From Paracoccaceae bacterium (GTDB taxonomy: Bacteria; Pseudomonadota; Alphaproteobacteria; Rhodobacterales; Rhodobacteraceae), in contig JBNKYL010000089.1 of assembly GCA_050300875.1 (NCBI GenBank), forward strand, positions 1 to 56,970: a stretch of 56,970 nucleotides of DNA, written 5' to 3'. Both the position numbers and the translations under genes were made by a program. This document shows, in pieces, positions 9,101 to 16,986 of this stretch. The stretch's first letter is position 1. Each line of letters opens with the position of its first letter. The notes beneath the pieces were generated by a model. The model was not told the DNA's origin. It searched no databases and worked only from the letters and a program-made list of their open reading frames with translations.

Positions 9101-9868
9101 TCAGCTTGCGTATGGATCGCCTTGCTCATCAAGTATGAGTTTCAGTTCGGACAAGTGACGTTCGGCCTGTCCGGGGTAGTCATCGATCTCTGCCGCAGTT
9201 TTTTCTGCGATCTCGTCGGACAGAACGCGCAGTGGCTGGCCGGTTTGAAGCGCGCGGATATAGGTTTCGGCGGCGCGTTCGAAATAGAACAGGCGGTTGA
9301 ACGTGTCAGCGACCGTGTCGCCCAGCACCATGACGCCGTGATTGCCCATGATCAGCGTGCGCACCTTGGGGTCGCCCAGCATCGCCGCACAGCGCGCGCC
9401 TTCGTCTTCGAACGCCAGGCCGCCATAGTTTTCGTCGACAACCTGCCGGTTGAAGAACATCGCCGAGTTCTGGTCGATGGGGGGCAGGCGGCTGTCGGCG
9501 AGGCTCGCCAGCACTGTGGCGTGAATCGAATGGACGTGCATCGCGCAGCGGTGATGCGGGCAGAGCCGGTGGATGGACCCGTGCAGGCCCCAGGCGGTGG
9601 GGTCGGGCGCGTCTGGCCGGTTCAGGGTGTCGGGGTCGTTGGCATCCAAAAGCAGCAGATCCGAGGCGCGGATGCGGGAGAAATGCATCTGGTTCGGGTT
9701 CATCAGGAATTTCGTGCCGTCATCATTGACCGACAGGCTGAAATGATTGGCGACGGCTTCATGCATGTTCAGCCGCGCCGTCCAGCGGAAGGCGGCGGCC
9801 AGATCAACGCGTTCGTCCCAGTATTCGATGTTGGCCGGGTTCGGTGTGGTGAAGGAGGACAGGGCCAT
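9101..9868 (-). CDS. Class II aldolase / adducin-family protein
   Basis: ORF 9101..9901. It has the His-rich metal-site region (HGSIHRLCPHHRCAMHVHS) and NHGVMVLG, both typical of the family. The start is uncertain: ATG at 9866-9868 versus upstream TTG/ATG. Confidence 0.8.
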   Translation of the reverse strand: MALSSFTTPNPANIEYWDERVDLAAAFRWTARLNMHEAVANHFSLSVNDDGTKFLMNPNQMHFSRIRASDLLLLDANDPDTLNRPDAPDPTAWGLHGSIHRLCPHHRCAMHVHSIHATVLASLADSRLPPIDQNSAMFFNRQVVDENYGGLAFEDEGARCAAMLGDPKVRTLIMGNHGVMVLGDTVADTFNRLFYFERAAETYIRALQTGQPLRVLSDEIAEKTAAEIDDYPGQAERHLSELKLILDEQGDPYAS

Positions 9869-9933
9869 GGGTGGCTTCCCTGGTTGCGGTTTCATGGGCA
9901 ACCTGCATCAAAGAAGAGGCTGGCGCAATGGGC

Positions 9934-11169
9934 CTAGCTGGCGGAACGTTCGGCCACCTTGGTGCCATCGGTCAGCCCTGCGGAGGGGTAGAGCACAATG
10001 CGGTCGCCTTCTGCCAAGCCGTCGGTCACGGCGGCCTGCAAACCGTTGTTCTGGGCGACCGAAATGGCCTGTTCTTCTGCCACGCCATTGGCGTTGACAC
10101 GGAACACCGCCCAGTCGCCTGATGCGTTGCGGAAGAGCGCACTGGAGGGCACGATCAGCGCATTGTCGTCCGACCAGACAACGATGCGCACTTCGACCCG
10201 GTAGCCGTGGCCAAGGCTGGCGCGGTCCTCATAGGGGCTAGTGAAATTGATGACCGCGCTGACGCGCTGTTCTTCGACGCCGAGCGCGGAATACTTTGTA
10301 TAGCCCCAGGGGTCGATGGAATGCACGACGCCGTCCAGCGTGTTCGAACCGCCCCATTTGTCGATGATGACCCGGTCGCCAGGCTGCACCCGAACGGCGT
10401 CGGTTGAAAGAAGTTCGACAATGATTTCAAGGTCATCTTCGACATTGCCAACCTCGAGTATCGGGGTGCCGACGGGCAGGGTGGTTTCGCTTTGCTGCAT
10501 CACGCGCAGCACTCGCCCGGTGGCAGGTGACATCAGTGGCGTGGCCTTGATCACATCGGCGCCGATGGCCGCGGCGATAGCCTGATCGTCAAAGGTGATC
10601 ATCTGTGCCTGAGCGTTTTCCAGTTCGGCCTTGCGCATGGAAATGGCGGCTTCGGCCGTATCCAGCGTGGCTGAGGCCACGACGGCCTGTTGCTGCGCCT
10701 GTTCCAGCATCGCCTGACTGGCGGTGCCGGTTTCGGCCAGTTGTTCGACGCGGGACAAGTTGGTTTGCGCCAGGTCATTATCGGCCATTGCCTTGTTCAG
10801 GTCAGCTTCGGCCACGCGCAGGGCGGCCTGTGCGGCGTTGGCGGCAGCGCGGGCCTGTTCAGAGGTGCGCACGTCCAAAACCGATGGGTTGGTGGGCAAC
10901 ATCCGGGCCAAAACGCTTTCGCCGCGGGTCACCGGGTCGCCGGGTTCAACCTCGACCCTCAACAATCGGCCTGCCACGGGGGTGGACACGACATAGGCGT
11001 TGTGGACCTGCGTACGTGCGTCTTCGTCGATGGTGACGATCATCGACCCGCGCGCCACGGTGGTCATGTCGACCAGCATCGGCTTGGGCCAGAAAGCGGC
11101 GACCAGCGCAGCACCCAGCAGGGCCACAACTGCAATGGTGAAGTACCGGCGTGATCGACGTGCGGCCAT
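9934..11169 (-). CDS. HlyD-family periplasmic adaptor (membrane fusion protein)
   Basis: It has an N-terminal TM anchor, a long Ala/Gln-rich coiled-coil hairpin and a beta-barrel C-terminus. It is the last gene of the ATPase-permease-adaptor trio. Confidence 0.85.
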   Translation of the reverse strand: MAARRSRRYFTIAVVALLGAALVAAFWPKPMLVDMTTVARGSMIVTIDEDARTQVHNAYVVSTPVAGRLLRVEVEPGDPVTRGESVLARMLPTNPSVLDVRTSEQARAAANAAQAALRVAEADLNKAMADNDLAQTNLSRVEQLAETGTASQAMLEQAQQQAVVASATLDTAEAAISMRKAELENAQAQMITFDDQAIAAAIGADVIKATPLMSPATGRVLRVMQQSETTLPVGTPILEVGNVEDDLEIIVELLSTDAVRVQPGDRVIIDKWGGSNTLDGVVHSIDPWGYTKYSALGVEEQRVSAVINFTSPYEDRASLGHGYRVEVRIVVWSDDNALIVPSSALFRNASGDWAVFRVNANGVAEEQAISVAQNNGLQAAVTDGLAEGDRIVLYPSAGLTDGTKVAERSAS

Positions 11170-11174
11170 GTTCT

Positions 11175-13544
11175 TTATTCCCTTGTCTTGAGTGCCGAGA
11201 CGAGCTCGATCCGGTTCAAATCACGTCGGACCAGAATACCCGACAGCAAGCTGGCGATGACGACTGCCATGATGCCCCAGCCATAGCTTTCCACTGAAAA
11301 GAGAGCCGGGATCTGGTAGAGGTCGGTCGAAAAGGCCCGCGCGATCAGATGTGACAGGCCATAGCCCATGATCCCGCCCAATGGCAGGGCCGCAAGCGCA
11401 ACGAAAGCCAGTTCGCCGAGCAGAACGAAGGCGGTTTCGCCTTTGGTGAAGCCCAGGACCCGGAGGCTGGCAAGATCGCGCAGCCGTTCGGCAAAGGCGA
11501 TGCGGGCCGAGTTGTAGACGATGCCGAAGGCGATGATGCCGGCCACGGCGGCCATGACGAAACGCATCGCGCCTGCCCCGGAATCCATCTGTTTTTCGAG
11601 CGCCGTGCGGGTGTCAGCCTTCAACGCCACACCGGCAACGAAGGGCATGTCCTTCAGCGTGCGATAGGCTTCGCCGCGCAGGGCGGGGTCGATGGTGACA
11701 TAGGCACCGGAAACACGGTCAGCTTCGCGCAAGGTCCGGTTCAGCGCGTCGATCTGCATATAAGTGGGCGCGCCCAGCAGGCTTTCGGCGATGGACGCCA
11801 CTGGGATGCGCACTGTCGGGCGGCGGCCTGAGGTGATTTCGACCGTTAGCACGTCGCCAGCCGCAACGCCGAGGATGTCTGCCACTGGCTGGCTGAGCAC
11901 GATGCCGGCTGCGGGCAGGTCGATGGGGGCCTGATTGTCGTCGAGAGCACGGAAGAGCGAGGGATCTGCATCAAGCGCGCTGATCGCGCCGCGATAGGAT
12001 GCGGTGCCGTTGCGGAACACGGCAGGCACAGCGCGGAAGGGTTCGGCGTGCAGGATACCTTCGACGTGCTTGACTTCGTTCAGCACGGTTTCGTTCATCG
12101 GCATGATGAAGCTGACCGTGGCATCTGACCGATCGATTACGCCAAAGGTGATGTCGATCACGTCGTTGAAACTAACCAACAGTCCGATAGTTGACACCGA
12201 CAGCGCCATGCCTGTGGCGATGCCCAGTGCGGCGCTGGCCATCCGGATCGGATGGCGCATGATGCGGCGCAGGACCATGCGGCTGGGTTGGTCGAAAAAC
12301 CGGCGGGCCATGGGGCCGAAGGACTGGGTTTTCGAATAGTCGGGTGGGGCAGGCGGGCGCATGGCGACGGCGGGTGACAGGCGGAACACGCCCGAAAGCA
12401 CGAAGAGGCTGCCTGCCACGGCGGCCATCACGGATACTGCAATGCCGATCACGAACGTTGCGGGGTCAAGAGAGAAGACCAGGAAGGGAAACTTGAAATA
12501 GATCTGGTAGACCCCTGCCATGGCCCGGCCCGATGCAATGCCCATCGCGCTGCCCGCCAGCGCGCCGAGGATGGCGATGACCAGCACGAATTTCAGGTAG
12601 TGCCAGGCGATTTCGGTAGACGAGTAGCCGAAGGCTTTCAACAGCCCGATTTCTTCGCGTTCGGCCTGAATCATGCGGGTAATGACAATGAATAAAAGGA
12701 AAGCCGCGACGCCGAGAAAGATCGGCGGGACCGAAACGGACGAGGCCTTCAGCCCGTTGATTTCTTCGCTTACGTATCGGTTGGATGTCTGGTCAGCCAG
12801 CGGGTAGGCGCCGGTGCCGCCGAAGCTGGCGACCAGGCGGTCGATATCGTCGATCACCGCGCTTTGCGTGGCTTCGTGGGACAGCGCGACGAGCGCTTCG
12901 TTGAACGCGCCGTTCAGGTCAAAGGCGGCGGCGAGCGTCGCCTTGTTGGCCCAGATCACCGCGAAACGGCGATCATCGGGCATCATTTCGCCGGGCGGGG
13001 TGGCGTAGAGAAACTCTGGCGACTGGGCCAGCCCGGTGACCGTGAAGCTGCGGCGCACGCCATTCACGGTAGCGTGCAGCGTGTCGCCTGCGCCCAGACC
13101 CTGTGCCGAGGCGAAACCTTCGAGCAACAGAACCTCGTCCGGGCGCGTGGGTTCGGGAACGCGGCCTGCAGACAGGTAATAGTCGTTCAGTCGGGGATGG
13201 CCGGTTTCAGGGATCGAAATGACCTGCGCGCGGATGGGCAGGTCCTGGCCCGGCATGTCGATAAGCGCGGCGCCGACAATGCGGCCTTCGACCGCGCCGA
13301 TACCCGGGATTTCCGCGATCCGGTCCAGCAGCCGTTCCGGCGCGCGGGTGACAGGGGCGAAGATATCGGCCAGCCGATAGCGTTCGTAATAGGCCGCGCG
13401 GGTGTTTTCCAGCGTGTTCACCAGCCCGCCCATCATCACGATCATCAGCGTCCCCAGCGCGATGACGAGGCCGATGGCCAATGCCTGACCCTTCATCCGC
13501 CACAGATCGCGGGCCAGCTTGTGATCGAGCGGGCTGATTACCAA
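11175..13544 (-). CDS. FtsX/MacB-like ABC transporter permease (two FtsX domains)
   Basis: The 789-aa product has two 4-TM FtsX-type blocks separated by large extracytoplasmic domains. Its TTG start overlaps the ATPase stop. Confidence 0.85.
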   Translation of the reverse strand: MVISPLDHKLARDLWRMKGQALAIGLVIALGTLMIVMMGGLVNTLENTRAAYYERYRLADIFAPVTRAPERLLDRIAEIPGIGAVEGRIVGAALIDMPGQDLPIRAQVISIPETGHPRLNDYYLSAGRVPEPTRPDEVLLLEGFASAQGLGAGDTLHATVNGVRRSFTVTGLAQSPEFLYATPPGEMMPDDRRFAVIWANKATLAAAFDLNGAFNEALVALSHEATQSAVIDDIDRLVASFGGTGAYPLADQTSNRYVSEEINGLKASSVSVPPIFLGVAAFLLFIVITRMIQAEREEIGLLKAFGYSSTEIAWHYLKFVLVIAILGALAGSAMGIASGRAMAGVYQIYFKFPFLVFSLDPATFVIGIAVSVMAAVAGSLFVLSGVFRLSPAVAMRPPAPPDYSKTQSFGPMARRFFDQPSRMVLRRIMRHPIRMASAALGIATGMALSVSTIGLLVSFNDVIDITFGVIDRSDATVSFIMPMNETVLNEVKHVEGILHAEPFRAVPAVFRNGTASYRGAISALDADPSLFRALDDNQAPIDLPAAGIVLSQPVADILGVAAGDVLTVEITSGRRPTVRIPVASIAESLLGAPTYMQIDALNRTLREADRVSGAYVTIDPALRGEAYRTLKDMPFVAGVALKADTRTALEKQMDSGAGAMRFVMAAVAGIIAFGIVYNSARIAFAERLRDLASLRVLGFTKGETAFVLLGELAFVALAALPLGGIMGYGLSHLIARAFSTDLYQIPALFSVESYGWGIMAVVIASLLSGILVRRDLNRIELVSALKTRE

Positions 13545-14245
13545 TGAATATCCTCGGGGTCTTGGCGGGTTTCATTCACGGTCACTTCGCGGATCTTGCC
13601 ATCGGCGAAATGGATGACGCGGTGGGCAAGTGCTGCGGTTGCGGCGGCATGGGTGACGATCAGGATCGTGGTGCCGAGCCGTTCGTTGACGTCGTGCAGC
13701 ACCTGCAACACGGCACGGCCCGTCTTGCTGTCGAGCGCACCGGTGGGTTCGTCGCAGAACAATACCTCGGGCTGTTTGGCGATGGCGCGGGCGATTGCGA
13801 CGCGCTGCTGTTCGCCCCCAGATAGTTCGGCAGGGAAATGGTGGCTGCGCGGCCCGAGGTGGACGAGGTCCAGTGCTTCGCGCGCGGTCAGCGGGTTCGG
13901 CGCAATTTCAGTGACGAGTTCAACGTTTTCTTCGGCCGTCAGGCTGGGCATGAGGTTGTAGAACTGAAAGACGAAACCGATGGACTGGCGCCGATAGGCC
14001 GTCAATTCGCGATCGGTCATTGCGGTCAGTTCGCTGCCTTCGAACCAGGCCTTGCCTTCGCTGGCGCGGTCAAGCCCGCCCAGGATGTTCAGAAGCGTTG
14101 ACTTGCCGCTGCCGGAAGCACCGAGAAGCACGACGATTTCGCCATTGGGGATTTCCAGGTCGACGCCACGCAGGGCGTGGACGGCGGCCGTGCCGGTGCC
14201 ATAGGTCTTGGTCAGCCCTTCGGTCCGAAATGCGGTTCTGGCCAT
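13538..14245 (-). CDS. ABC transporter ATP-binding protein (MacB/LolD-like)
   Basis: It has Walker A (GASGSGKST), the signature LSGGEQQRVAIARA, and Walker B (LFCDEPTGALD). I chose the ATG at 14243-14245 (MARTAFRTEGLTK); the upstream extension of ORF 13538..14473 has no similarity. Confidence 0.9.
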   Translation of the reverse strand: MARTAFRTEGLTKTYGTGTAAVHALRGVDLEIPNGEIVVLLGASGSGKSTLLNILGGLDRASEGKAWFEGSELTAMTDRELTAYRRQSIGFVFQFYNLMPSLTAEENVELVTEIAPNPLTAREALDLVHLGPRSHHFPAELSGGEQQRVAIARAIAKQPEVLFCDEPTGALDSKTGRAVLQVLHDVNERLGTTILIVTHAAATAALAHRVIHFADGKIREVTVNETRQDPEDIHW

Positions 14246-14393
14246 GTCTTGCGCGTCCCATCTGCCTGGCGCGTGGTTGTGGTCAACCGCCACAATGCCC
14301 CAGGGAGCTAGACCGCATCTTTGCCCTATGTCAAACGGCCCGGGCAAGGCACGGGCCGTTAGAGCGGATTGATGTTTCTGTAATGGACCCTGT

Positions 14394-14831
14394 TCAGGCT
14401 TCCGGGTCGAAATCCGTAGGCATGTAGCGTCCGACGTAACAACGCAGGTCGTATTCGTTGTTGCGGAGCGCAAGGCGCATTTCCGGCACGTCGCGGCCGA
14501 TGCGGTCGCAAGCTTCGCGGATCAAGGTTTCGACCGTGGCCTGCACTTCGCTGACCAACGGTGAACCGACGGACAAGTCCGCCGCGAGGTTTGACACCAG
14601 CAATTCGTCCTTGTGGTTGGCTTCGGCTGCACGCAGGGCTTCGACGACCATGCTGACCGAAAGGTCGAAATCGCCATCCAAAAGGGTTTCGCCGTCCATG
14701 TCGATACTGGACCACGTCACACGAAAGGCTGCTTTGCGCATCTTGGACGTATTCCGTTCAACCCGAACCTTTGGCTGGGCATAGGCAGCATAGTCCGAAG
14801 TGGTGCGATGTGCGACGGCGGCGTGCATCAT
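14394..14831 (-). CDS. Hypothetical protein (145 aa)
   Basis: This is the C-terminal part of ORF 14394..15617. It has an ATGATG start preceded by GAAGGAAC. The upstream part of the long ORF overlaps the FkbM gene and is treated as shadow. No motif recognised. Confidence 0.45.
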   Translation of the reverse strand: MMHAAVAHRTTSDYAAYAQPKVRVERNTSKMRKAAFRVTWSSIDMDGETLLDGDFDLSVSMVVEALRAAEANHKDELLVSNLAADLSVGSPLVSEVQATVETLIREACDRIGRDVPEMRLALRNNEYDLRCYVGRYMPTDFDPEA

Positions 14832-14976
14832 ATTTGGTTCCTTCGATTTCAGAGCGGCAACCATTTGTTCATGTCTTGTTAACCATGCTGGCCCATTTTT
14901 TATGGCGACATTATGGCGTGACTTTAGCCAAAATTGAATTGATTCCGTAGGGTTGGCGGGAATTCGCCTATAGCGT

Positions 14977-14990
14977 GTGCAGCGCTGCAC
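14977..14990. promoter_or_regulatory. Perfect 14-bp palindrome GTGCAGCGCTGCAC in a divergent intergenic region
   Basis: Read directly from the sequence. It lies about 64 nt upstream of the FkbM ATG, in an AT-richer 220-nt divergent spacer. Confidence 0.25.
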
Positions 14991-15053
14991 GCGCGTCGGC
15001 GCTTGCGCGCCTATCGGTTCTGCGACAGTCTGTGGCCAAAAGGGCAGTTGGGC

Positions 15054-15740
15054 ATGGCAGAAGATATCGCGGCGCGCATTCATGGGGTCGATGTGCCCAA
15101 ATCCCCCTTTCTGAACGACCGGCGGATTGCCCGTCTGAACAGCGGCCAGTATGAGGGCCAGGAGATCGCGGGCGCGTTGCATCTGGTCCGCAAGGGCGAC
15201 CGGGTGATGGAGTTGGGCGCGGGGCTGGGCGTTGTCGGTGCCGTCGTGTCGGCAAATTGCGCCCCTGAAAAGGTGCTGTCCTACGAGGCGAATCCGGCGC
15301 TGATCCCGCATATCCGTGCGCTGTACAAGGCCAACAAGCTGAGCCGCCGCAACAAGGTCGTCAACGAGGTCCTGATGTCGGCGCCGGATGCTCCGGTAAA
15401 GGTGGATTTTGTCGTTCACAATAGCTTTCTGGGCTCGTCCTTGCATGGGGATCGGGATCGTGCGCGCGACGTCATCGAAGTCCCGACAGCGGATTTCAAC
15501 GTGGTCCTGGCCGAGTTTGCACCCAATATTTTGATCCTGGATATTGAAGGCGGCGAGCTGGATTTGCTGGAACACGCCCGGTTGGACGACGTGCGCGGTA
15601 TCGTGATCGAGTTCCACCCCAAGGCCTATGGCGTGGACGGCATGCGCCGGTGCAAGGCGATCTTGCGCGACGCCGGCTTTACAAAGAACGACACACTGTC
15701 CTCACGCATGGTCTGGGTGGCGGAACGGGCAAACGCATAG
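15054..15740 (+). CDS. FkbM-family SAM-dependent methyltransferase
   Basis: It has the SAM motif I (VMELGAGLGVVGAVV) and the FkbM-type block ILILDIEGGELDLL...IVIEFHP. ATG at 15054. Confidence 0.8.
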   Translation: MAEDIAARIHGVDVPKSPFLNDRRIARLNSGQYEGQEIAGALHLVRKGDRVMELGAGLGVVGAVVSANCAPEKVLSYEANPALIPHIRALYKANKLSRRNKVVNEVLMSAPDAPVKVDFVVHNSFLGSSLHGDRDRARDVIEVPTADFNVVLAEFAPNILILDIEGGELDLLEHARLDDVRGIVIEFHPKAYGVDGMRRCKAILRDAGFTKNDTLSSRMVWVAERANA

Positions 15741-16625
15741 TCATTCGTCGCCGCCTTTGTTGACCGGTTCGGACCGGCCGGGATCGCACCCTTCGTCGCC
15801 GTTGCCGCGCCCTGAATTGCAGCGGCTGCCGCCAGCATTTCCGTTGGGTGCCGGATCGTTCCCGCCGCTTCCACCGGGGTCTGTCCAGGGACCGGTGTGG
15901 TCGGTGTTGGCATTGGGGCCTTCAGGACGGTCGCATGATGTCGGGGTCTGGCAGCGGTTGTCCGTGGGCGGGGGGGGCGTCGAAACGCCGTTGCCGCTGG
16001 GGCTGGGACCGGACCCACCGGTCGATCCGGTGGTGGTACCCGATCCGGCATTTGTTGACCCGGAGCCGGGATTGGCGCCCCCACTCGGCATCGCGACCAG
16101 CCGCGCGGTACGGTCGGCCTGATGGCGCTGGTGCGTGGGTAGTATTCCATCGACATAGGTGACGGCGCGGCGATTGATCAGGGCCGGTTCCACCGCGTCG
16201 AGGATGGGTGCGCCTTCCCCAAGGGTCTGACGGATTTCAAGCCGGGCAGGTTGGACGCCCCGAGAGATCAGATGATTCACGACAGCTTCGGCGCGGCGCA
16301 GTCCGAGCGCAAGGTTGTAGCTGTCCGACCCCATCAGGTCGGTATGCCCGTAGACGGAAAACCGCGCTTGGGGATGGGCGAGAATCCAGTCCGCCTGTTG
16401 GTCGAGCCGGGCCTTTGCCGTTGCGTCCAGATCCCATTTGTCGAAGGCGAAGTTTACCACGTATGGCGTTTCGGCCATGAATTGCCGTGCCAATTGGGTC
16501 AACACGCGCGGTTGGCCGAGTTCCTGATGAAGTGCTGCGCGGGTGACTTGCGGCGTGTCGGAACAACCGGCGACCAGAACACAAGATACAAACAGGGCCA
16601 TACTGGCCCGCAAACGAAACGGCAT
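15741..16625 (-). CDS. OmpA-family lipoprotein with a Gly/Ser/Pro/Asn-rich, Cys-containing C-terminal tail
   Basis: It has a lipobox (LVAGC) after a signal peptide and an OmpA_C peptidoglycan-binding block (FAFDKWDL...VYGHTDLMGSDSYNLALGLRRAEAV). The last ~114 aa are low complexity. Confidence 0.8.
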   Translation of the reverse strand: MPFRLRASMALFVSCVLVAGCSDTPQVTRAALHQELGQPRVLTQLARQFMAETPYVVNFAFDKWDLDATAKARLDQQADWILAHPQARFSVYGHTDLMGSDSYNLALGLRRAEAVVNHLISRGVQPARLEIRQTLGEGAPILDAVEPALINRRAVTYVDGILPTHQRHQADRTARLVAMPSGGANPGSGSTNAGSGTTTGSTGGSGPSPSGNGVSTPPPPTDNRCQTPTSCDRPEGPNANTDHTGPWTDPGGSGGNDPAPNGNAGGSRCNSGRGNGDEGCDPGRSEPVNKGGDE

Positions 16626-16986
16626 GAACATCCCCTTCAATCGACATTCGCCCGACCGGCCAAGATGCCCCAAAACGCCTGACGGCCCCGTCGCTGCGTT
16701 TGGACATCAATCCCGTGACCCGTCGGTTTTGGTGGTCAGATGTATTCGGGGAATTGGTAGAAGATCGGTTAACCAGAAACTGAATTTTCACTTGATTTCA
16801 GGTTCTTGCGGTGCCGCTAGGCCATCCGCCTTGCGCCACAAGGGTCGAGGCTGGCCATTCTTGAGCGTCACGAACCGGCCGCCCCCGCGCAACGCGGAAA
16901 CAATGCGGGAAATATCCCGAACATTGCACCCGAATTCGAAACGAATGGCTTGTGCCCGACCAGACAACAGTGCCGCCAGCGTGGAG

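Noticed and set aside
14394-15617. 407-aa minus-strand ORF
   Set aside because: Its N-terminal two thirds run antisense to the FkbM methyltransferase, which has clear SAM and FkbM motifs. Only the last 145 codons, which have their own RBS, are kept as a possible gene.
15970-15977. G8 homopolymer tracts (also at 37057-37064) as phase-variation switches
   Set aside because: Both simply encode poly-proline (PPPP) within low-complexity protein segments of a GC-rich genome. The runs are short for slipped-strand switching, and no contingency-locus context is visible.
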